Assembly (NCBI RefSeq): GCF_000150275.1
Contig: NW_002060957.1
Location: forward strand, 248,001-312,000
DNA length: 64,000 bases
Direction of reading: 5' to 3'
Origin: Trichoplax adhaerens
Taxonomy: Eukaryota; Animalia; Placozoa
The position numbers and the translations under genes were made by a program. The notes beneath the pieces were generated by a model. The model worked only from the letters and a program-made list of their open reading frames with translations, was not told the DNA's origin and did not search any database. Shown here in pieces: positions 50,601 through 64,000 of this stretch. Within the stretch, counting starts at the first letter, position 1. Each line of letters starts with the position of its first letter.

Positions 50601-53600
50601 GTGTTACCTACAGCCACATTTTCCCCCATCATCAAATCAGTGATAGCATCGTGTACAGTGTTGCTTTTAATGTTGATTCACTGGAAGAGCATCAGGATCC
50701 AGATTATCCTAAATTATGTCTGCATACTTTATGCAGATTAGCTTGGCCGGCTCTAGCAGTATTGGGTGGCATCGATTGTGGTTATAGGGTTGGTAGTACT
50801 TGTCAGCATCAACCAAGTTCGCGAATAGTAACACTTCTTGGCATGAAACGAAGTTACAGTAAACTTGTAACAGTACTATGGAATGATACCGATGCAGCTG
50901 TGAGGTTGACAAATCATTTTGTTATAACTTACTACTATTTATAGATAGTAATTAGTAATAAATGAGATTATCCAAATCTTGTAAGATTTTTTGCTAACTT
51001 TATGTTCTATCTTGCTTGTATTATCTTTTTAGTGAGATTCCTTTAGCTCAGCTAAAGTTGTACAAGCCGAAGTCTTTTGATATAGATGGATTAGACTGTA
51101 TTAATGCCGATGTTATACAAAGCATTATTTATCTTTCTGGCCTCCCTGAGAATCCTTTGAAAGAGTATCGTGCAAATTCGCTTTTTGATGGTGATAATGT
51201 ACAAGATCATGACATTGCCTCTACAGCTTTTGCAAACTCTGTCGACTCAGCACATTTGCGCGAGGGTAATGATGTTCAGTTGCCTAGATGGATATCATCT
51301 TACTATAAGTTAATTCAAATAAGGCAAGATAGCGAGCTCAATACTGTTAAATTATCACACTTGCAGTTTACAGCCACGAAGGCTTTGATGATTTTAATCA
51401 GTTGTAGAAAATTTACACAGTTACTGTCTGGACAAGAAGCAGTAGAACTATATGATAGTTGTACGAATGACTCACTAAAGCAAGTCTGCATCCCCTTTAT
51501 GAAGTATTTTGTGCGAAGTGCTATTTCATCATCGCCAATTCGCCGATTTATCCCTTTTACAGAATTTGATCGAGTTTTCTCTGTTTTTGTCACTAAAATT
51601 CAAGGTTTTATTAATAAAAATGAATGGGATAGAGAATCCTTATCCTCTTCACCAACCAAAATAAAGTCTGTTGATGCAGCAGAAATGGCTGGTAGAATTG
51701 TTGGCGATCACTCAGCAAGAGCAATTAGTGATAAAAGCGGTTTGACTGTTGCAAATATTTCTACATCGATTTCTGGGCCATTATTAGAGATGGGTTTTTC
51801 ACGAACACAAATTCAAATGGCTATTGAAGCAACAGCTGATGAAAATACTATTCCAAATATTCGTGATATGTTATCATGGTTACTTAGATCTGAAATTAGA
51901 TCACAATTACACTCTACCGATGATCATGCCGCTACTTCTGCTCGTCATTTTCATGTTCATGATCAGAGTACGCCTACTCATGTCAATCAACTAAATAGCC
52001 ATCTTTTTGATCAATCTACGCGTATGTCACAGTTATCTGGCCATAGTGTAATTGGCAGTGCAACTACCCAAGTGCCCACTTTACATGCTTCTAATGAAGT
52101 CTGTGAGTTATGTTTACTTAACTCAAGTAATATGGACAGGCATATGCGTAGTTATCATCCAGGCTGTAATTCAAATTCTTCTGTTAATCAAGTTTGCGGA
52201 TCTGGAACTCCCTATTATCTATGTCCTTCTTGCCGTAGCAACTATTTGCGGCAGTATGGTAGTGGAGGTGAAATAACAACAAAATTATCTACAGTTGAAA
52301 ATCGTTACAGCTTTGGAAGATTTAAATTACTAGAGGAAGCATTTGATCTCCTTAGCCCATCTGATAGATCGAAAACAAGTCAAGGACTAGTTATTGATGC
52401 CAATGATACTGCCGATTTACGTTTAGCAAGTGATAGTTTCGATGATATAGCGCCTGTTCTTAAATTTTCTTTTATCGATTTTAAAGATAATATCATGCAG
52501 TATGATCAAACTGATTCATTAGGCAATCACTTTGCCTGTTATGCACACTGCCAAATAAATTCAGAAGGCAGCCAACAATCTACTCGAAGTGTAACTATAG
52601 AAAAGAAAAAACTTCGTGGGTCTCTGGCGCAGCAAGGCCAACGCTTGAAAAGCAAATCTGATCGAATTTTTGCTATGCGTCGATGTACCGTAGCATCCCA
52701 GATTTGCGCAGCTAGAATAACAACAACCTATTTATTGGCCTTGTTTTATTATTTACCTTCACATGCGGAAAAATTAAAGTATTTACATGTTCTTGAACTT
52801 GATGATGCTGACAAGTTGATTAAATTGTTGCAAATTGCAATTGCTGGTAGAATAGATCAAGATTATGTTAGTATGTATGGTAAGTTGAAATGTTAGCTTT
52901 GAATGTTATCACCATTTTACTCCTTATTTAATCAGTCTCAACTTTGTTATTAGGTATATCTTCAGCAGAACAAATTGACGTTATAATTTCTGCAATCAAT
53001 GTATTAATATCCTATGACCAATCCGCTTTTCGACAAGTGGTTTTATTATGCACCTATGACTTGTCTAAGGTTGCATTTGGAGAAGGAATTAATAATGATG
53101 GAACTAACATTTTAACCGATCCTAAAGCAGCAATATCAGATCACCAAATATTTTGCTCATCAAGAAATCTATCAATTGTCAAGTCGTTAATTGAAACAGT
53201 GATTGATTCATTAGCGGCACATTCGCAGCAAAATCAGGCTTGGATTCCGACGAGATCTCATCACATACTCGGAAACAAGGACCTTTTACTACCACTATTG
53301 AATGTTTTAGCTGCTTGTAGCATAAGTAAACTTTTACCTTCATGGGAACGTTCGTGGGCTGCTTATCAACTTGCAATACTGATGGGTAAATTAGCTCATT
53401 TCGGTTCCAAATCAGATACCAAGATAACTTTCAAGTCCCTCAAGAGTTTGCAATGTTACTTGCCATCTTGTTCAACTCAATTATTATCAGCACATAAGAC
53501 GCCAGTTATATCATTGTCTTGTCATTTTGATTCTGGACTTGTTGTTATTAGTACTGTTAGTAATACGGTCTATTTAAGGGAACTTAAAACTGGTGGCTAC

Positions 53601-56600
53601 CATGCTACAGTGCTGGATGTTGAAGAAACTGATACTAATATAGATTGCGATGACGCCAACTTATTTCATGAAGAAAATAAAATCCGAAAATATATTGGTA
53701 ATTTACAATTCAATTCCAATGGAAAATATTTCGCTGGTAGTAAGCGTAGGAAGATTTATTTTGGTGTTACCTCCAATGGTAAACGTTCAGTTTATACACA
53801 AGCATGCCATGTAACGTGTTTGACGTGGCCACGATATCGACGTATCAACTCAGGTGAAGAAAATATAAGAGACTATTTACTAGTGGGAACAGAGAATGGC
53901 GACGTATTTATATTGGAAGTCAACAATAATGACGCGTTACAGAAAAGACCTATGCCAGCATTTCAGCGATCTTCAGCCATTACATCATTAGCTTGGCACA
54001 GTACATCAAGCTATTTTATAGTTGCTAGCGCTGATGGCATCATCCAAATTGGATTGCTATCTCACCTATTCGATCCAGTAGAAATATATCGACATCCGGA
54101 TGAATGTGATATTACTACTAGTTGGGATGTGTCAGGAAGGTATTTATCGATCATTGTAGCCAGTCATGATGACTCAACTGCTATGATTTGGGTGGAAGAT
54201 AATCAAGAACTTAAGCTAGACTTTACAATTCCACTCAATACTACAATCATTAAATGGTCAAATGGATTTGTAGATAAAACGGGTGAGACATGTTTATTTG
54301 CTACTGGAGACGATATTGGCTTAATTCGAATGTATGTTGTATCATATCAGGGAGTTTCATCTAATTTTGAACATCAATCGATTTCGCCCGTAAGTGCATT
54401 CGAACGTAAGCAATTCAATAGTAAAAATTTATCGCGTCATCAATATTCTAATATTTATCACCTTTACAATATTGCTGGCCATGAGGATAGTATTGTTTCG
54501 TTAGCATTCATTTCAAATGACTCCGTCCTAGTGTCTTTGTGTGCAGATCATCAGGTTAATTTTTGGTCCGCTTATGATGGAATCCCGTTACAAACATACC
54601 AAAGCAATAAACCCGTTGTTTGTTTTGAATCTTTGGGTAACTTTGGCCTTGCCTTAGGCAGCGTAGGATTGAAGGACGTTACTGTATTTCTGTTTAATGA
54701 TGATTGGTTGGAGAAAATCCGTTATTCTGCAGTATCAAAACATTCCTTGCATTTATGTGGTTTTACTCAATTAGATATTGCACCTTGTTTATGTGGATTG
54801 ATTAAAAATCTACCAGCCATCATGTTAGAACAGTATACTTATGAAAAATGTATTATTAAAGATGGCGATCAATTAATGCACAGCCGTTACCTTCAAAGTC
54901 TCACATCAATCGTTTGTACACTGAATTTAGATAGAATTATTTGTTATGATCCGATAAAGCGCTCCATAAATTTAGAAACGATATATCCATTACCGGAATG
55001 GAAATGGCTTGTAGATTATTGTAGGGCAGAACAACTCTGTGTATCACTTCAATGTAGTCGACAGCAGAATTTGTTCCAACTAATCACTTCTACCAAGGAG
55101 AACGAAATTCTTCCACCTTGGAAATTGGCCATGGATCGTGAAATTATAGAATGGGTTACAGATAGACCGCAAGATTGGAAAATGAGTGCAAAATGTGAAG
55201 CTTATACATGGGGTGGTGGCCGCCATGGCCAATTAGCTGAATCAGGCCGACTAGTCTTACAGCCGACATTAACGAGTTCATTTTCTAAAGCTAAGCAAAT
55301 TCATTGTGGCCATAATAGTACTTTCGTTATTGAACATGATGGCACGGTTCTTGCTTGCGGTGAAGGAAGTTATGGTCGACTAGGGCAAGGTAATTCGGAC
55401 GACTTGCCGCGCCTTAGGCCTATTACAGCCTTACAAGGATTTGTTGTAACAGAATTAGCAACATCGACAGGTTTGGAGGGGCATTCACTCGCATTGACTG
55501 AAACGGGCGAAGTATTTAGTTGGGGAGATGGTGATTATGGAAAACTGGGTCATGGAAATAGCGAACGTCAGCGCCGCCCAAGACAGATTGAAGCATTAAG
55601 AGGAGAAGATGTTCTTCATGTTGCATGTGGCCATAAACATTCAGCTATTGTTACTGTTGATGGCAAGCTATTTACGTTTGGCGCTAGCGACTTAGGGCGA
55701 TTAGGTTTAGGTAATACTAGCAATAAAAAATTGCCAGCACAAGTTACCGCTCTACAACCAATCATGGTAGAATTGATTGCATGTGGTGCTAATCATACCG
55801 TTGTTGTTACAACGGATCGAGAGTCAGTGTGGACTTTTGGCGAAGGGGAGTATGGACAACTAGGCTTAGGTAGAACCACAGCTAAAATGACCCCCCAATA
55901 TGTTGATGCATTTAGTAAATTGAACATTAAGAAGATATGCTGTGGTGCTCGTTTTACTTTAGCGTTAACAAAAGAAGGGAAAGTTTATTCTTGTGGTCAC
56001 AATCGATGTAACGGGATTTTCGAAGTCGATACGCAGCACGCCGACTATTATCCGCAACAAGTTATGGCTTTATCCGAGCAATTTATAGAGGATATTGCAG
56101 CTGGTTATGAACATGCCTTAGCACTAACGAAAGAGGGAGATGTTTGGAGTTGGGGCAATGATACAGATGGACAAGTAAGACTCAATAGTAGTCAAAAGTT
56201 TTTCTTATCCATTTAATGCTAATGGTAGTAAAATGCCAATATAATTTATGCTCACTCATTTATCCAATTTATCACTCAGCTTGGATTAGGTCAAACGCTA
56301 CCACAACGGGAACCTTGCCTTATATCAAGTCTTCAAGGGAAAGGCATTCGCCAGGTAAACGCTTCTTTATTCAACATTTTTGTTAGCATTTCTGCTTAAT
56401 TACCTTAGTATATTGACCTATTACTTTTATTAGATTTCAGCTGGACATAATCACAGTGCAGCGTGGACAGTAGCGCCAGCAAGTATTCGAAAAGCTATGG
56501 CAACGTCAAGTTCATTGGAATTAGGTTTACCGGAAAGAATACCAGAAATCTATGGTTCCCTTGCTGGGATAGATATACAACTGATCAGATCTAGATTACA

Positions 56601-58836
56601 ATATCTGTTAGACATGTCCGAAGCTATTTATTATTCCTGGAGATTACTTGATTTATGTCCTAAAAAGGTATATTGTATTCTGTTTGCTTTCAGCTGTTTA
56701 CATCAGCTATCTTGAGATCAATAACTGTACTTATTAAATTTTTCTAATAGTTGAGCCATATCAGCAACGGATTTATGGGCATCATGCAAGGATTTTTGCG
56801 CCCTTTATTACCAACACGAGTAACGATGCAACCATTCCTTCGTCACATCAGTAAAACCATGCTACACAATCGTAATTTTGGACCAACGGTCAAGGTGGAG
56901 CGATTAAGCACTCGGTAAAGACTGACAATAACACAGTATTAACAATATACCCATGAAACTCTAACAAATAGTTTTATTCACACTTTTAAATTAGTGATGA
57001 ACATTGTAAGCCTATTTTCGTCCAAATTGCGCAGCAAGTGATGCAATCCAACTTAGCTGAGCTATGTCTGCCTATGAGAGCCTGGAAAGTTAAGCTAGTG
57101 GGTGAAGGTGCTGATGATGCTGGTGGAGTCTTTGATGATACAGTTAGTGAAATGTGTAAGGTATGCTGTAGTACTGAAAGTTACTTGAAGATATTTTAAA
57201 GTTTTAATACCCGTGCTCAAAAATTACACTTAAATTATAAAATTACTAGGAATTAGAAAGCAATGATGTCTCACTACTTATTCCAACGCCAAATTCAGTT
57301 GATCAACTTGGCTACAATCAGGATAGGTAGTTATCGTGTATATGATATTGATATAATATCTTGAAAAGGTGGAATGCTTACTCTGTTGTATTGTTTGTTT
57401 ACAATCCGTAAGATTTATTATTAACCCGTCAGCATCATCGATAGAAGAATTGAAAAAATTTGAATTCTTGGGAGTGTTACTCGGTATAAGTGTACGATCA
57501 AAAAAGCCATTAGATCTTCACTTGTCTCCGACAGTTTGGAAGCAGATATGTGGCATTCCATTAACTGAAGGCGATATTGAAGAGGTATCAATTATATTAT
57601 GGTTACTACTCACTCGTTTCAATCTAAACTACAATACATCAAAAGATTTCGTGTTAGCGTATAAATGAATTTGGGCATTTACTGTTTCCGCGTAAGATTA
57701 ATTAACTTTGTCGTATAAATATAGGTTGATACTTTATTTATCCAAACTATGCGAAGTCTTCGAGACGTAGAATATAATGATATTGACGAGAACACATTCC
57801 AGGAGGTATTATTAAGATGAATAAATTCTTAATTGATACGTCATATGGATGTATATTTGTTCGACTTATTATACTATGTTTGTATTCTTGGTAGTATTTT
57901 CCCATAAGTACCTTTGTTGCTAAAGATTCGAATGGCAAGTTTGTTCCTATCGTTCCTGGTGGTAGAAATATTGAATTATCATACAATACGAGAATGAATT
58001 ATGTTAAATCTGCAATCGAATTTAGATTGCATGAAGTAGATTCCCAGGTAATTTGATTATACAATCAGTTATACTGTAAGCTTTTTAATTTATACCATTG
58101 TTGCGGGTTTGAAGTTTATGATTATCAATGTCAATATATTGTAAATTTAGATCGCTGCTATTAGAAAGGGAATGTCATGGGTCATTCCCGTTCCATTATT
58201 ATCTTTTATGACCGAATTACAGTTGGAAAAGATCACTTGTGGGGCAGCTGAGATTGATATCTCGGTACTTAAAAGTATGATTAGGTACGATTTAAAATCT
58301 TTCTTCTACAAGCAATACAATCTGTTCGTATACTTAACTATCTATCGAGGTAGTTAATTTCTTTTGCCATGTCTTTAGTTTTAAAGCAGGAGAAGAAATA
58401 AATCAATTATTGTCCTGGTTATGGTCTATTTTGGAATCATTTAGTAGTAAGGAGAAAGTCCTTTTCATGCGTTTCATTTCTGGTAGATCTAGACTACCAT
58501 CAAATAAAATGGATTTAGGGCAAAAATTTCAAGTTATCAAGGTTGATCGGGTAAGTATTTTCGCGATCGTATTATCAGCTTTACGAATAGGTGAATATTT
58601 AGCTGCTTCACTAGCGTTAATTGGTGTCTTATGCTCTTCAGCCGTTAGATTCTTTGCCTATGTCGCAAACATGTTTCTTCCAATTACGACTACCATCTTA
58701 TTCATCACAAGAGGTTATGGCAGAGAAGCTACGTTATGCTATCAGTAACTGCCGATCAATAGATACCGATAATTATATGTTGGCTAATAATGATATTACT
58801 GAGGCGCCCGGAGATCTTGCTGATGAAATGTTGTAG
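41690..58836 (+). CDS. HERC1: Giant HECT E3 ubiquitin ligase HERC1 (RLD1, SPRY, UBA-like, Cys/His module, WD40, RLD2, HECT); about 40 exons, roughly 4300-4400 aa by hand count
   Basis: N-terminal [15 protein letters not shown] and [12 protein letters not shown]1 repeats ([23 protein letters not shown]) at 43.2-45.3 kb and again at 55.2-56.5 kb. SPRY motif [32 protein letters not shown]...[11 protein letters not shown]40 repeats. HECT motifs [14 protein letters not shown] and [14 protein letters not shown], with the catalytic Cys. Confidence 0.95.
43551..43627 (+). other. GC-AG intron in HERC1
   Basis: AAG|GCTAGT...GTGTAG|GGT joins VKACGK to [11 protein letters not shown], restoring the conserved RCC1 repeat. 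No GT donor gives this junction. Confidence 0.8.
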
Positions 58837-59599
58837 ACATTAATTTCTTTACGGAAAGAGTAGTTTTGGTTATTAGTATCTATTAGTTGTATATTAGACT
58901 GCATCTTTTCGAAGTTGTGCTACTGTATATTTGCAAGAATCGATAACTTTGATCCGCTGCCATAGTATTGTACTATTTGATTTTTAGAAAGAAACTGTTA
59001 TTTACGTAAAGTTGAACTTAAATTATGGCATTTGTATCGCACCGTATTCTTTTTCCACACTGTTAATTGCCTAATAAGGCTTATTCATCTAGTTGTACTT
59101 GCTTAAATAATTTTTTTAAATAATACGACCTAGTATACAATTGTGAAAACTGAATTTTTATCTATTTTTGTACTAATATCGGAAATTAGCTCTTGAAGGC
59201 TGTACATTAATACAAGCAATTTACAGCGTCCGCTGAATATGTATCAAGATATATTTTGCTTATATCAGTCATTGGACACAATTTTATTACATGAATCTGT
59301 GCGCTGTTTGCTAATCGGTGCAATTGTAAATATACAGGAAAGACAATGGTTGATTAACTTTAACACACAATAACATTATTTATGCTGTCATGGCATAAGT
59401 TGCTATTGCTAGCGTTAATTCCGATATTAACGCTTGCTTTCAAAATGCTGTAGCAAACTAGGATATAGTTAAATTAAATTTTATGATTTATAAACGGTTG
59501 TGATAAACCTGTTGGAATTATTTTACTGATTTAATTATAATAAAGTGAAAACAAGCCGTTCTATTGGCGATTTAATGATCAACCTTTGCAGATTGATAG

Positions 59600-61075
<1,476 letters not shown>

Positions 61076-64000
61076 TCAGGGAAACGCTGGCTTCACGTCA
61101 AAAAAAAAGCACCGTATCTATTCTAGAACTAAAATCTCATTGACTTTGGTAATTCTTTAGTATATTATAAATAATTAATTGGACGAAAATATTCTCATTT
61201 CTACTACAGTAGACTTGGTCGTTGTAACTAATCGTCGTGAGTATAGCTGCCACTGAATAAAATTGCTTGTAATTCTATCATTAAATTACAAGTATCGCTT
61301 CAAGAATGACTGAGAGAAGATCAACTTGAAACATTTATTCCATATTAGTATACCCTAGACGGCGATAATTAATATCTTGAATGATGTCAATCGTTCCTCC
61401 ATTAAACTATGTAATGATTAAGCAAGGAGAGTACTGTGCCAATTATTCGATAGAGATATTGTAGATTCAAGTAAGAAATAAACGCGAAAGCTCCTATTTT
61501 CCCAACAATTAATGATAATTCTGAATTAAAACTAGGCTTTGCCTTGATGAATAGTATCTTTGTTTATAATTGATAGTACTTACCTATCTATCTATCTCTT
61601 CTTATACTGTCTATTATAAAACAGAAGACTTCAAATCGGCTGACGAGTTGAGTAAAATTTCTGCTTTTTATTGCTGTGGCATACAAATATTGATAACATG
61701 TATAATTATGCAATATTAACGTATAATAGAACTTGATAGATACTACTAAATTTTGTATATATTGTAGAAGGCGAAATAAGAACAATACTTAAATTAATAA
61801 AAAAACAAGTTCTAGTTTACATTAATCATCGGACAATAATTCATATCATTATATAATATGTATATTCCAACGCGAAATAGACGTATTGTTGTGGATGCGG
61901 TTTATTAAGTATAATGTAATTTGCAATTATTTTATGCTATATGGAATCATTGATATCAAACTATTGTATCAAACGATTTAGTTGAATAGTGCCTATATAA
62001 AACTTAACATAGACAACTACCGTATAGATTCCGTAGACAGCGGCCTTGAAATTACCATAGCAACATAAACACATCAACAGTTGTAATTAGGTAGGGTAAG
62101 GTTAATGTACTGTTTAGCGATATAGTAGGCTGAGCTATGCATTGTTACTCATCATAGGAATAGCATTGACAAGGCTAAGATTTGATTGCTACTGTAACAA
62201 TCTTTCTTAATCACAGCAATACAAGACTTTAAGACAATTTTATTTTATATTTGCTTTACTCCACTCAATAATTTGGTAAGTGTTTTAAATAAATACTAAG
62301 AATTCAATACCTTGAGATGTAATTAAAGATCAACAGAATAGAGAATGAGGATACATTATATTTAACGATAGTATTTATTTCAGCTTGATTTTAATCTTAG
62401 TGTGCTAGCTTTATCTATTCAATTGATCTGCTGATATAACTTCTGTCATGATAACAATTAATGGTTGCCAAGATGTTCAATTTGCTTGAAAATCTTGCCC
62501 TTTGCAAGGGGGTTCAATTAACCCTTGATTCGTCAAATAGATCGCTAGATAATGATCTAAACGATCGGATAGTACAATAAAAATATAGTAGCCGATCAAC
62601 CACCCCACTGAGAATTTGGTCATTCCAGGTAATGCATCGATAGGACCTAAGCTTTTGCCTAAAATTCGTCAATAGAACAAAAAATAAAAGCGCTACCTTT
62701 TTTATCCTTAAACTGACAGTACAGTATAAACAAGCTATAAATTATCCGAAAGAACTTATATTTTGCTTACATTATTTAAAATGTCCAGAAAACATCAGCT
62801 TACTTTCAAGAATACAAAGCTAGCTGATTCATTATTTTAGTTCTGATAGCTTACATGTAACTGCTAGGGTAAAACAACAGCACCCATTTCAAAATAGCTA
62901 TCATGATCGCTATCTGATCAGCTTTATCTATGGGATAGACGATAGAGAAGGATAGAGTAGCTGTCTAATTAACTTTATTTCCTTATAAAGCTGTCCAAAT
63001 TACATCCTTATTAATTGTAGGAAATTAGTTTAATCTTTAATGTAGAAACCATGTTATTTACTGACTAATATTAAATTTGCAACACCAGGAACGATGACTG
63101 TACAAAATTCCATACCAATATTAATTCTTTCATAGAAAAAGTAACTGTAATATCAATAAGAAAGTAAAGTATTTATAATTATACTCAAGATTACATGTCT
63201 ATGGTTCATTTGCTTTGTATCCCTAACAACGTAGACGGCAACCTTAACTACTTCAGAAATGGAAGTTGTAGATAGTGTTATGATCCTGTAGAGCTTACTG
63301 AACTCGTAACTGCTCCGTATGGCTAAACATTCAGCTTATTCGTGTTCCATCCAAGGGTAGTCTTCTCGTCTGATCTGGCATAAAGAATATAAAATATGCA
63401 TAATGCTGGCTAATGAATTATCTTACATACTTTTATATAAAAAGATTCTTTCAAAATTATTAAAGGCATGAGATCTTAAAGCTACGTATGCCAACGTATG
63501 AAAATAGCAGATTAATAGTTCAGATTTCTACAGTAAGGTACAGAATTTATCTAATGAGATGCAAAAGTATGATCTGCTATCACATATATATTTTTGAGAT
63601 AAAATTACTGTACACTTTCAACGTATTCCCAGCTCATTATCTTATGACATAATTAAATTCTTAATGATGACAGGTAACTTATGGAGCATGGGCTTAATTA
63701 GTAGTATTGATGTTGTCACGAGAAAAGTATGATATTACAAGAGATGAGCTACTTTAAATACTATGTTCCTGAAAAATTTGTAATCGGCTAAAGCACTCTA
63801 GAACTTTCTATGATGGCACATGTAGCTTGCTCCGACATTATAATGCATTTTGTCCTTTAATAGAAATAAATTTTAACAGTCGGTATTAGTTTAGCTTGTT
63901 TACTTTATCGTTATTAGATTATTCTTGTAATACATGATCTATTCAGAGCTTTTCTGCCATATAAATCTAAATATGCTGAATTTGAGGAGTAATCGTTATT

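Noticed and set aside
37286-58836. DET1 and HERC1 head-to-head as a functional ubiquitin 'operon'
   Set aside because: The two act in unrelated ligase systems, and divergent housekeeping pairs are common in compact genomes.
61100-64000. Possible exons of a further gene near 63.1-63.4 kb
   Set aside because: Splice-like signals are present but give no convincing ORF or homology; this may be UTR or intron of a gene outside the window.

Overview
AT-rich, gene-dense animal genomic DNA with short GT-AG introns. The compact exon/intron pattern and gene set suggest an early-branching metazoan, probably a placozoan (Trichoplax-like); this is an inference. Eight protein-coding genes could be reconstructed by hand: (1) an EHBP1-type NT-C2 + coiled-coil + PH protein (+); (2) GATAD2/p66 (-); (3) an intronless NB-ARC STAND NTPase with no repeat sensor (-); (4) MAU2/Scc4 (-); (5) hnRNP K (+); (6) DET1 (-); (7) HERC1 (+); (8) a ZNF474-like C2HC zinc-finger protein (-). 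Intergenic DNA holds two tandem-repeat arrays, a MITE-like element family present in both divergent-promoter intervals, and dense clusters of TACAGTA/TACTGTA. Comparing paralogous repeat copies shows these motifs were gained as exact 5-bp insertions at TA sites, which matches the Tc1/mariner excision footprint. The clusters may therefore be fossil records of repeated transposon insertion and excision. MAU2 followed by GATAD2 on the same strand mirrors the human MAU2-GATAD2A gene pair. No rRNA, tRNA or CRISPR array was recognised. Exon coordinates were read by eye and may be off by a few bases.
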